Of a stretch of 64,000 nt of DNA, positions 47,152 to 55,094 are shown one piece after another (the stretch's first letter is position 1; every line of letters begins with the position of its first letter). The stretch is from Vicinamibacteria bacterium (GTDB taxonomy: Bacteria; Acidobacteriota; Vicinamibacteria; Vicinamibacterales; JAENWD01): NCBI GenBank assembly GCA_963763095.1, contig CAVXNR010000006.1, positions 5,167 through 69,166 of the forward strand, written 5' to 3'. Made by a program: the position numbers and the translations under genes. The notes beneath the pieces were generated by a model. It had not been told where the DNA came from. It saw only the letters and a program-made list of their open reading frames with translations, and did no database searches.

Positions 47152-48534
47152 ATGTCCTCCTACTCGACGAGGCTCATCGTCCTTCTTTCCGCGCTGGTGC
47201 CGATGCTCGTCACTGGATTACCGGCCGCACCATCCCCGCCTGCCACCTCGCTCGGGGTTCCCGGCCGCGACAACGCGACTCCCTGGGTCGCAGCCGACGG
47301 TTCGCTCGTTGCTGTCGCCTGGGGAGCCAGCGCCGGCGCCCAGTCCGACGTTTTCGTGGCGGTCAGCCGCGATGCGGGGATGACATTCGACTCTCCCGTG
47401 CGCGTGAACCGTGAAAACGGCGAGGCGCGGCTCGGCGGAGAGCTCCCGCCGCGGGTGGCAATCGTGCCGAGGTCGAATCCACGGGTGACCGGCGACAAGG
47501 CGGCGGCACGAGACATCCTGGTGCTCTGGACGGCTCGCGGCACGTCCACCGCGCTCAAGCTCGCCAGATCCCGCGACAGCGGCAGGACGTTCGAGGCCCC
47601 GCTCACGATGCAGTCTCCAGATGCGCCGGGTGATCGGGGATGGCCGGCGTTGACGGCCGATGCGCAGGGGACGGCACACGTTCTGTGGCTGGATCACCGC
47701 GGGCTGGCGGCTGAGCCGCGCGGCGCTGGACACCACGGCCAGGCGCCGCACGATGGTGTCGCGATGGCCCGGAAATCGGCGCTCTACTACGCGGCAGCTC
47801 ACTCTCCCGCCAGCGGCACGAGCCGGGCTGCCACCGACCGTGCAGACCAGCTGAAGCCAGATGCCACGCGCGACGTCGTCAAGGAGCGTGAGATCACGAA
47901 GGGCGTCTGCTACTGCTGTAAGACCGCAGCCGCCGCTCGCCCGGATGGGACCCTCTTCACGGCGTGGCGACAGGTGTATCCCGGCAACATCCGCGACATC
48001 GCGTTCAGCGTTTCAGGGGACGCGGGCGGTTCGTTCTCGACCCCCGTGCGTATCAGCATGGACGACTGGGCCATCAACGGCTGCCCTGACGACGGGCCCG
48101 CCGTCGCCGTGGATCGCGCGGGCACGGCGCACGTCGTGTGGCCCACTGTACTCGGCGGTCAACAGCCGCAAGGCGCGATCTTCTACGCGAGCACGGTGGA
48201 TGGGCGGACGTTCACACCACGCTTCCCCATCGGCACGCTCGGCGGCCAGAAGCCCGAGCACCCGCAAATCGCCATCGGTGACGGCCAGCGTGTCGTGGCC
48301 GCCTGGGACGAGCTCGTAAACGGCACACGGATCGCCGCCATTCGCGAGGTGAAGCGTGGTCCTTCGGGGGCGGTCTCCCTGGGGCCGATCGTCAGGCTCT
48401 CCGAAGACGGGCCCGCGAGCTACCCGGTCCTCGCGCCGACAAGAGACGGTCTCATGGCGGTGTGGACGTCCGGCGCAGCCGGCACCTCGGTCATCGGGGT
48501 GCGGCGGCTCTCGCTCCCCACCCGAACACCGTAA
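47152..48534 (+). CDS. BNR/Asp-box repeat (sialidase-like beta-propeller) protein, secreted
   Basis: Its Asp boxes are SRDAGMTF, SRDSGRTF and SGDAGGSF. The signal-like N-terminus is MSSYSTRLIVLLSALVPMLV. The track start at 47107 is also possible. Confidence 0.8.
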   Translation: MSSYSTRLIVLLSALVPMLVTGLPAAPSPPATSLGVPGRDNATPWVAADGSLVAVAWGASAGAQSDVFVAVSRDAGMTFDSPVRVNRENGEARLGGELPPRVAIVPRSNPRVTGDKAAARDILVLWTARGTSTALKLARSRDSGRTFEAPLTMQSPDAPGDRGWPALTADAQGTAHVLWLDHRGLAAEPRGAGHHGQAPHDGVAMARKSALYYAAAHSPASGTSRAATDRADQLKPDATRDVVKEREITKGVCYCCKTAAAARPDGTLFTAWRQVYPGNIRDIAFSVSGDAGGSFSTPVRISMDDWAINGCPDDGPAVAVDRAGTAHVVWPTVLGGQQPQGAIFYASTVDGRTFTPRFPIGTLGGQKPEHPQIAIGDGQRVVAAWDELVNGTRIAAIREVKRGPSGAVSLGPIVRLSEDGPASYPVLAPTRDGLMAVWTSGAAGTSVIGVRRLSLPTRTP

Positions 48535-48691
48535 AGACTTCTCGACATCGGCGTGTGGATCTCAACGATCCCGCGGCCCCACATCCACTCCAGGCAATCC
48601 TGCACCGGGCAGATTGCTCGCCGATGTGGAGCCTGGACCCAAGTCGCGGCGGACAGGCCAGGCACTCGGGCGTTGTAGGTAGAATTCACGG

Positions 48692-50071
48692 ATGTCCGTC
48701 AGCTTGCGATTCCACGCCGCCGCCTTGTGGCTGGTCGCCCCCATCTGCGCCGTTCCTGCACACGCGCAGCCGCAGAATCTCGCCACTCCCGCCAGCATTC
48801 ATCAGGAAGTCGATCGGCGAGCCGCCGATGTCAATGCACAGGTGATCGCCTGGCGCCGTGACCTGCACGAGCACCCGGAGCTTGGGAACCGTGAGGTGCG
48901 GACGTCGGGCATCGTCGCTGCCGAGCTGAAACGCCTCGGGCTCGAGGTGCGCGAGGGCGTGGCGAAGACGGGCGTGGTCGCCGTGCTGCGGGGCGCGCGT
49001 CCCGGCCCGGTGATCGCGCTGCGGGCCGACATGGACGCGCTGCCGGTCACGGAGCAGGTGGACGTCCCCTTCAAGTCCACCGTCACGGCGGAGCACGACG
49101 GCAAGCGCGTAGGCGTGATGCACGCCTGCGGCCACGATGCGCACACCGCGATGCTGCTGGGCGCCGCCACCGTTCTGAGCGCGATGAAGGCGCAGCTGCC
49201 GGGGGCGGTCGTCTTCCTGTTTCAGCCTGCCGAAGAAGGGCCACCTGCCGGTGAGAAGGGCGGAGCGGAGCTGATGATCGCGGAGGGTGCGCTCGATGCG
49301 CCGAAGGTCGACGCGATATTCGGCCTCCACGTCTTCACCGGCCGCGGCCTCGGCACAGCCGGGAGTCTCGCCGTACGGCCAGGAGGCATCATGGCCGCCA
49401 GTGATCGTCTCGCCATCACGATCAAGGGACGGCAGACGCACGGTGCCCATCCATGGTCCGGCGTCGATCCTGTTGTCGTGGCCGCGCAGGTCGTCATGGG
49501 TCTGCAGACGATCGTCAGCCGTCAGCTGGATTTGACAGCCGGGCCGGTCGTCGTGACCATCGGGACGGTAGAGGCCGGCAACCGGTACAACATCGTGCCG
49601 GAGGTGGCGCGGATGACCGGCACAATACGTACGTTCGATCCGCAGATGCGGCGCGAGACTCACCGCCGGGTCGAGCAGACCGCTACGCGCATCGCCGAGT
49701 CGGCGGACGCCGTGGCAGAGGTGCGCATCACCGACGGCACGCCGGTAACGTGGAACGACCCGGCGCTCACCAGCGCGATCATCCCTTCGCTGGAGCGGGT
49801 GGCCACTGGCGGCTTCGATCCGAACGTCGCGCCCACGACAACTGCCGAGGACTTTTCACGCTACCAGGAAAAAGTGCCAGGCGTGTTCGCGTTCCTCGGC
49901 ATCAACCCCGCGGGCACCGACCCCGCATCAGCCGCACCAAACCATTCGCCGCGGTTCGTCGTGGATGAGAGTGCGCTCGTGACGGGAGTGCGTGCTCTCG
50001 CGAGCGTCACGGTCGACTACCTGCACCGCACCGCGCCAGCTGCGCCCGCCACGGGTGGCTCACGCCCCTGA
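48692..50071 (+). CDS. M20D-family amidohydrolase (aminoacylase/hippurate-hydrolase type), secreted
   Basis: It has a signal peptide. The motifs are LHEHPELGNRE, ALRADMDALPV, MHACGHDAH and FQPAEEG. Confidence 0.9.
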   Translation: MSVSLRFHAAALWLVAPICAVPAHAQPQNLATPASIHQEVDRRAADVNAQVIAWRRDLHEHPELGNREVRTSGIVAAELKRLGLEVREGVAKTGVVAVLRGARPGPVIALRADMDALPVTEQVDVPFKSTVTAEHDGKRVGVMHACGHDAHTAMLLGAATVLSAMKAQLPGAVVFLFQPAEEGPPAGEKGGAELMIAEGALDAPKVDAIFGLHVFTGRGLGTAGSLAVRPGGIMAASDRLAITIKGRQTHGAHPWSGVDPVVVAAQVVMGLQTIVSRQLDLTAGPVVVTIGTVEAGNRYNIVPEVARMTGTIRTFDPQMRRETHRRVEQTATRIAESADAVAEVRITDGTPVTWNDPALTSAIIPSLERVATGGFDPNVAPTTTAEDFSRYQEKVPGVFAFLGINPAGTDPASAAPNHSPRFVVDESALVTGVRALASVTVDYLHRTAPAAPATGGSRP

Positions 50072-50136
50072 GGCGGCCGACTGCAGCCCGGCAGACGTTA
50101 GAGCCAGTGCTCGCTCGTGTTGTCACTGAACCACTC

Positions 50137-50203
50137 ATGTGGGGCAGGGCTTCAGCCCTGCAAATCGGTACGCGCGAGCAGGCCTGAAGGCCTGCCCCAC
50201 GTG
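50137..50203. repeat. REP-like inverted pair of GC-rich hairpin units
   Basis: ATGTGGGGCAGGGCTTCAGCCCTGC (50137..50161) and GCAGGCCTGAAGGCCTGCCCCACGTG (50178..50203) are in inverted orientation, and each unit is itself a hairpin. A half unit, GCCCTGCCCCACATG, recurs at 55060..55074. Confidence 0.7.
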
Positions 50204-50310
50204 ACTACACAAGTGAATCGCGGGTGGCCCGATTGCCACATGCGTGGCGTTTGGATGAAGGGCGCGCGACTGTTGTTGCGCACCCTTTTTTGGTCAGCTG
50301 ACGACAGGCA

Positions 50311-50715
50311 TCACAGCCGCACGAACTGCGGCAGCCCAGGCTTGAGCGCCACGAAGAGCGGCGACACCCCGAACGTCGCCAACATGTAGATCATCCCGCG
50401 CGGCGCATAGTTGATGCACGTGAAGTGCACGTGCGTGCCGGCCGGCGCAAGGAACTCCACGGTCTTCCACACGAGCGTGTTGTTCGCCCGCAGCCGGTGC
50501 GTACCGGGTTTGATCTCGCAGGTGAACGTCTGCCCGAACAGCAACTCGCCCAGGCGCTCCCCGTCGAGCGAGAAGATCACCTGCCGCTGCTTGACGTCCT
50601 GCTCCGATGTGCGATGAATGGTGAGCCGTGTCTGCGTGTCGGCCTCCTGCGGCACGGGAGGATTCAGCAGCTCGGAGATGACATCGCTGGCGGGTGTGAG
50701 GACGGTGCCTGGCAT
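50311..50715 (-). CDS. Hypothetical protein
   Basis: A 134-aa ORF with good third-position G/C and a hydrophobic C-terminal segment (GMIYMLATFGVSPLFVAL). I recognise no family. Confidence 0.6.
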   Translation of the reverse strand: MPGTVLTPASDVISELLNPPVPQEADTQTRLTIHRTSEQDVKQRQVIFSLDGERLGELLFGQTFTCEIKPGTHRLRANNTLVWKTVEFLAPAGTHVHFTCINYAPRGMIYMLATFGVSPLFVALKPGLPQFVRL

Positions 50716-50724
50716 ATCTCAAAA

Positions 50725-50830
50725 CGGTCGACGGTCGACGGCCAAGGTAGCTAAGGGCTAAAGGCTAACAGGCTAAAGGCTAAAGGCTAAAGGCGGTTGA
50801 CGGTCAGCGGTCAGCGGTCAGCGGTCAACG
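50725..50830. repeat. Three adjacent short tandem repeats
   Basis: The repeats are (CGGTCGA)x2 at 50725..50741, about six units of GGCTAAA/GGCTAAG/GGCTAAC at 50749..50793, and (CGGTCAG)x3-4 at 50799..50828. The last block supplies the final codons and stop of the NTP-transferase gene. Confidence 0.9.
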
Positions 50831-51422
50831 AGGCAATCAGCCTGCGATAGTCCTCCGGCGTGTCCACATCAAGAAACGGCCCATCGTCCGCCAGCTCGAG
50901 TTCCACTCCATTGGCCGCGTGACGCCGGATGATGGAACGCGCAGAAGCGGACGGATCGGCGGCGAGCAACTCCCGGATCACCGGCTGTGCAATGAGGATG
51001 GGATGTCCGTGACGGCCTGCCTGCGTCGGCCGCACCACGGAGGCGCCTGAAGACACCCACGCCTCAATCAGCGCGCGGACGACCAGGGCTGTCACGAGGG
51101 GCACGTCGACGAGCGTCACCAGCACGGCGTCTGCGCCTCGCACGGATGCGAGCCCGCACTGCAGCGACGAAGTCTGCCCACGGTCGGGCTCCGGGTTGAT
51201 GACGTACTGGACCGTTCTACCTTGCGTCACGAGTGTGGGCGTCGGCTCATCTCGACCGGATACGACGAGTACCAACGGGTCGGCTCCACCCGCTGTCAGC
51301 TCCCTCGTAATGCGGCCGAGGAATGTGTCGCCGCCCGGCAGTAGCAGAGCCGCCTTGGGCTCCCCCATCCGGGATGAACGCCCAGCGGCAAGCACGATTG
51401 CCGGAATGCTCGACGTCGCCAC
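50811..51422 (-). CDS. MobA/MocA-like nucleotidyltransferase (molybdenum cofactor cytidylyl/guanylyl-transferase family)
   Basis: The N-terminus reads IPAIVLAAGRSSRMGEPKALL, followed by VTLVDVPLV. The start is taken at the GTG at 51422 and is uncertain; the track ORF extends to 51539. Confidence 0.8.
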   Translation of the reverse strand: MATSSIPAIVLAAGRSSRMGEPKAALLLPGGDTFLGRITRELTAGGADPLVLVVSGRDEPTPTLVTQGRTVQYVINPEPDRGQTSSLQCGLASVRGADAVLVTLVDVPLVTALVVRALIEAWVSSGASVVRPTQAGRHGHPILIAQPVIRELLAADPSASARSIIRRHAANGVELELADDGPFLDVDTPEDYRRLIASLTADR

Positions 51423-51527
51423 CGCACTGACTGTACCTGGCCTAGCTGCTCGGCCGAAGCGCGTGGCCGGCGCGCGCAAGCGGGGTGGTGACCCTTCGGC
51501 GGCGTAGAATGAGCGCCAGGAGTTCCT

Positions 51528-51704
51528 ATGCCGCACCATGACACGCTCGAGGCGCAGGGTGACCCGTTCGACATCGATGTCGGCGACGAGGAAGACGACG
51601 AGCCAGAGGAAGACCAGGACGACGAGGACGAGGAGGAGGAGGGCGAGTGGCAGGTTGACGGGCAGTGTGCGCGGCTTGACTTTGCACGGCTGAAGTCCCT
51701 ATAG
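51528..51704 (+). CDS. Possible 58-aa highly acidic small protein
   Basis: It is below the ORF-track size cutoff. The ATG follows AGGAG with a 5-nt spacer, and a TAGAAT box lies at 51505..51510. The product is MPHHDTLEAQGDPFDIDVGDEEDDEPEEDQDDEDEEEEGEWQVDGQCARLDFARLKSL. Confidence 0.35.
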   Translation: MPHHDTLEAQGDPFDIDVGDEEDDEPEEDQDDEDEEEEGEWQVDGQCARLDFARLKSL

Positions 51705-51705
51705 T
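51676..51705 (+). promoter_or_regulatory. Sigma-70-like promoter upstream of the cold-shock gene
   Basis: TTGACT (51676..51681), an 18-nt spacer, then TATAGT (51700..51705). This would give a ~190-nt 5' leader before the csp ATG at 51898. The leader contains the hairpin CCCTGAGCGTGCTCAGGG. Confidence 0.45.
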
Positions 51706-51897
51706 GGCCCAGTTTACGGCCAACGAGGCCGGATTTACCGCGTTCTGCTGGGAGAGTTGCGGCGCAGTGAACGCGGCGGACCGGGACGCGTGCCCTGGTT
51801 CGACGGCGGCGGGTCATCCGGCACCGACGTGCGGAGGCCGTGCCGCCGCGCTCCCTGAGCGTGCTCAGGGTCGTCGTATCAATCGGAGGACACGGTC

Positions 51898-52104
51898 ATG
51901 CCGACCGGCACAATCGCACGGCTCCTGATCGACAAGGGTTTTGGGTTCATTCGCGACGAGGGTGGGACGGAGCACTTCTTCCACCGCAGCGCGGTTCGCA
52001 GCCAGGTGTTCGAACTGCTGCGCGAAGGGCAGCGCGTGGAGTTCACTGAAGAGGATTCCGCCAAAGGTCCGCGCGCGGGTGACGTGCGGCTCATCGAGGG
52101 CTGA
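51898..52104 (+). CDS. Cold-shock domain protein (CspA family)
   Basis: A 68-aa ORF with RNP1 KGFGFI and RNP2-like EHFFH. GGAGGA lies upstream of the ATG. Confidence 0.93.
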   Translation: MPTGTIARLLIDKGFGFIRDEGGTEHFFHRSAVRSQVFELLREGQRVEFTEEDSAKGPRAGDVRLIEG

Positions 52105-52118
52105 GCCAGTTGGACGTT

Positions 52119-52148
52119 CCCGGCTCCCCTGGGGCCGGGTCCTTTCCT
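52119..52148 (+). terminator. Intrinsic-terminator-like hairpin after csp
   Basis: CCCGGCTCCCCTGGGGCCGGG forms an 8-9-bp GC stem, followed by the T/C-rich TCCTTTCCT. Confidence 0.5.
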
Positions 52149-52234
52149 CCCACTTCGCACCGACGCTCCGCTGGCCCCCCCTTGGCCCGCCCACGTCCCG
52201 CATCGATCCGGTTCGAACGGCACGCACACCCCCT

Positions 52235-52332
52235 GGAAGCGAACGGGGCCCGGTGGCCCTCCCGGTCTTCAAAATCGGTCGCTTCCCGCTGACCGCGGGA
52301 AGGCTGGGTTCGACTCCCAGGCGCTTCCGCCA
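52235..52332 (+). tRNA. selC: tRNA-Sec (anticodon UCA)
   Basis: I folded this by hand. The acceptor is GGAAGCG/CGCTTCC, and the 8th pair is A.G. The D stem is 6 bp (GGGGCC/GGCCCT) with loop CGGT. The anticodon stem is CCGGT/ATCGG with loop CTTCAAA. The extra arm is 8 bp (CTTCCCGC/GCGGGAAG) and the T arm is CTGGG-TTCGACT-CCCAG. The discriminator is G and the CCA is encoded. The termini match E. coli selC (GGAAG...CTTCCGCCA). Confidence 0.85.
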
Positions 52333-52598
52333 TTCCATCGCCGATCGGCGACTCATGATCGACGTCCGAGTGGTGCAGCCTGGTCCATGGCTGGCCGATA
52401 CAGCGGAGCATGAGCGAAAGGGTTGTCGGCCGGCTGTTGTGGGCGGTGATGTTCGCGGTGCTGGTGGGCAGCGTCGTCGCGTTTGCCGCGACGGCACCCC
52501 GCGGCGGTGTAACCGCTACCCGCGATCATCAATAGGGTCGCGCGCTGGCGAGTGAAAAGACGTGCAGCTGGGCTCGACGCCCAGGCACGTGCGTCGCG

Positions 52599-53303
52599 CT
52601 AGCCCCCAATCAGGTGGTCGATGGCGGTGGTCACATTGGCCGTGTCCGCAAGGTTCTGGAACACCACGTCCGCGCCTGCGGCCCGCAGCTGCTCCGCCGT
52701 CACGCCGCCAGTCGCCACCGCGATGCACCACGCGCCCCCAGCGCGCGCGCACTCCACATCGCGGGGTGTGTCACCGATTACCACGATACGCTTCGGCGGT
52801 ACGCGCGGGTACCCGCGTGCCACGGCGCGCTCGACCGCCACTGGCACGAGCCCGTTGCGGTCGGCCGCATCGTCACCGAACGCACCCCAGCCGAAGTAGC
52901 GCCAGAGATCGAAGTGTTCCAGCTTCAGCTGGGCGGACGGCTCAAAGTTGCCGGTGAGTAGCGCCAGGATGCGATCCTCGCGCGGGGCGAGTGATTCGAG
53001 CAGGGGGACGACACCAGGAAGCATCCGTTTCGCGGGATGCTCCCGGCGCATCTCCTCCGCAAGCGCAGCGACGTAGCTGTCCCGGAACCTGAGCGCGTCG
53101 TGATCAGCGTCGGCGATGTCGTGCGCACGCAGCGCGTCGCTGACGATCAGCGGGTCGGTACGGCCGGGCAACTCGACCGCGGCGAACGCACCGGCAACAC
53201 CGAACATCTCGTGGAACGCGCGATCGAGCGCGCGCTGGCCGGCGCCGCCCGTTACCACCAGCGTCCCGTCGATGTCGAACAGGATGAGACCAGGTTGCGT
53301 CAG
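52599..53303 (-). CDS. HAD-superfamily hydrolase (phosphoglycolate-phosphatase-like)
   Basis: The motif I sequence LILFDIDGTLV lies upstream of the first ATG (53258). The gene therefore needs a non-ATG start, probably the CTG at 53303, which overlaps the csp2 TGA. Other motifs are LLTGN and VVIGDTPRDVECA. Confidence 0.8.
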   Translation of the reverse strand: MTQPGLILFDIDGTLVVTGGAGQRALDRAFHEMFGVAGAFAAVELPGRTDPLIVSDALRAHDIADADHDALRFRDSYVAALAEEMRREHPAKRMLPGVVPLLESLAPREDRILALLTGNFEPSAQLKLEHFDLWRYFGWGAFGDDAADRNGLVPVAVERAVARGYPRVPPKRIVVIGDTPRDVECARAGGAWCIAVATGGVTAEQLRAAGADVVFQNLADTANVTTAIDHLIGG

Positions 53304-53506
53304 GCGGCCTCACCCCTCACGCTGCCCGCGCGCGGTCCCTTCGCCGATGGCTCCTCTTCGAAGCTCACACGCTCTCCCTCGTTGAGGCCATCGAACGACC
53401 CATTCTCCACGGCGCTGCGGTGGAAGAACCACTCCTGGCCATTGTCGTCGCGGATGAACCCGAATCCCCGATCGCGCACCAACCGTTTGATCACGCCGTT
53501 CGGCAT
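53300..53506 (-). CDS. Cold-shock domain protein (CspA family), second copy
   Basis: It is the C-terminal 68 aa of track ORF 53300..54205: MPNGVIKRLVRDRGFGFIRDDNGQEWFFHRSAV... Confidence 0.9.
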   Translation of the reverse strand: MPNGVIKRLVRDRGFGFIRDDNGQEWFFHRSAVENGSFDGLNEGERVSFEEEPSAKGPRAGSVRGEAA

Positions 53507-53701
53507 CGGCTGCCCTCCGGTCCAGGCGGGCACGAGGCCCGCTTCCTTTATCAATTTCTGTTCCCTGCGCAACGCCCCGTCCCGTACGCCTCCAGCCACG
53601 CTCGAAGCACGGCCGTTCGACCCGGCGCAGCGATGGAGCGGTATAAGATCGTCAGTTCGTGACGGAGGTGTGTAGATGATTCGACAGGAGGAGGCACAGA
53701 C

Positions 53702-54295
53702 ATGAAGACCCGCAATGCTCTCGCCGCTGCCGTGGCGTGTGTGATGGCCGGCACTGTGACGTTCGCCCGGACTGACGCGCCGGTCGGACACCAGGCCGGA
53801 CACGCTCGCAGCGCAGGCAAGACCACGGCGCGGGCCCACGCGACAATCGCGGGCGAGGGCGTCACCGGAACAGCCGAGATCGTCGAGATGGCGTACGACA
53901 CGGGGACAGAAGTCGAGGTCACCGTGACCGCCAAAGGACTCAAGCCCGGGCTGCACGGCGTGCATTTCCACGCGGTCGGCAAGTGTGAGCCCCCGGCGTT
54001 CACCGCTGCCGGCGGCCATTTCGATCCAGGCCCGGCGGGCAACACGGACCCTGACGTCAACCACCCGTATCACCTCGGCGACATCCCCAACCTGCGCGTC
54101 GGAGCGGATGGCTCCGGCACACTGCAGGCCCGGACGACGCGCGTGACGGTGTCTGAGGGCCCGCTGTCGCTCATGGACGCAGACGGGTCGGCCATTATCC
54201 TCCACGCAAACCCGGACCAGGGAATCACCGGCGAGGCGAAATCGGGCGTGAGCGGCGGACCTCGGGCGGCGTGTGGCGTGATCGAGAAGAAGTAG
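53702..54295 (+). CDS. sodC: Periplasmic Cu/Zn superoxide dismutase
   Basis: It has a signal peptide. The metal-ligand pattern is GLHGVHFHAVGKC, GGHFDP, NHPYHLGDIPN, and GGPRAACGVI at the C-terminus. AGGAGGAGG lies upstream of the ATG. Confidence 0.92.
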   Translation: MKTRNALAAAVACVMAGTVTFARTDAPVGHQAGHARSAGKTTARAHATIAGEGVTGTAEIVEMAYDTGTEVEVTVTAKGLKPGLHGVHFHAVGKCEPPAFTAAGGHFDPGPAGNTDPDVNHPYHLGDIPNLRVGADGSGTLQARTTRVTVSEGPLSLMDADGSAIILHANPDQGITGEAKSGVSGGPRAACGVIEKK

Positions 54296-55018
54296 TCACG
54301 CGCCGAACAGGCGTTTGACGCGGCCCCAGGTACCCGTCTGGGGCACGAGATCGCCGCTGGCTGGTTGCAGGCGGAGCACGTCGGGTGTCATCGCGGATGC
54401 GAACGCCGCGTCCGCGGTGACCGCGACCATCGTGAGTGCCCGCCCGGCGGCAAGCCGGCGCAGATCGGCCGCGAAGCCGTCCACATCGCCGACGCCCAAA
54501 GTAGCGGTGGGATGTTCGAGGAGGAGCAGGTCCGGCCCGAGCGCCACGGCGCGCCCGAGGCGCACGCGCAGTTTGGCTGCCGGCGTCAGCGTGGCCACCT
54601 TCCGATCGATCCGGTCGGCCTCGAGTCCCACCTCTGACGCGAGCGCTTCGACGCGACCGCGCACGTCGGCGGGAATCGGATCGATGGCGAGAGTGAGCGT
54701 CATCGCGAGGTTCTGCGCCACCGTGAGCTCGTCGAGCAGCACGGCGCGATCACTGAGGATGCCAAAGCGATCGAGGGTCCGCAGCCATTCGTCTCCGTCA
54801 GTGATGGCCGCGGTGTCGAACCCGAACACGCGCACCTCTCCTGAGTCGGGCAGCGTGGCGCCGGTCACGAGATTGACGAACATCTGGGCGGCAGGCGCAT
54901 CCAGGCCGAGCAGCGCGACGAGGGCCCCGGGAGCGACCTGGAGCTCGCGCAGGCGGAGCGGGCGGAGGGCGCCGTAGTTTTTGCGGACCTGCCGGAGTTC
55001 GAGAAGCCAGTCGCTCAT
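54296..55018 (-). CDS. ABC-ATPase-fold protein with degenerate catalytic motifs
   Basis: The overall ABC NBD layout is recognisable (LELRQVRKNYG...L.L.V.PGALVALLG...). Walker A reads GLDAPAAQMF, with no GKS/T. The signature motif is LTPAAK instead of LSGGQ. Walker B is LLLLEHP instead of hhhhDEP. Confidence 0.7.
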   Translation of the reverse strand: MSDWLLELRQVRKNYGALRPLRLRELQVAPGALVALLGLDAPAAQMFVNLVTGATLPDSGEVRVFGFDTAAITDGDEWLRTLDRFGILSDRAVLLDELTVAQNLAMTLTLAIDPIPADVRGRVEALASEVGLEADRIDRKVATLTPAAKLRVRLGRAVALGPDLLLLEHPTATLGVGDVDGFAADLRRLAAGRALTMVAVTADAAFASAMTPDVLRLQPASGDLVPQTGTWGRVKRLFGA

Positions 55019-55094
55019 TGAGATGACAGCCCGATGAGGACGCGGGAGTCGGCCCGGCTCGAGCCCTGCCCCACATGCATTCGTTCGCCGGGGC

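Noticed and set aside
50725-50830. Possible CRISPR array or minisatellite.
   Set aside because: The units are 7 nt with no spacers. This does not match CRISPR repeat-spacer geometry. I report it as simple tandem repeats instead.
51296-51817. A 173-aa reverse-strand ORF containing a poly-Ser run.
   Set aside because: The Ser run is the reverse complement of the GAC/GAG/GAA acidic codon run of the small forward ORF and promoter region. It overlaps the N-terminal extension of the transferase ORF and has no supporting signals.
52333-52598. Genomic island integrated at selC.
   Set aside because: Only ~265 nt separate selC from the next conserved gene (the HAD hydrolase). No integrase is present and no duplicated tRNA 3' end is visible. 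A 41-codon hydrophobic ORF (ATG at 52410) has a poorly spaced ribosome-binding site.
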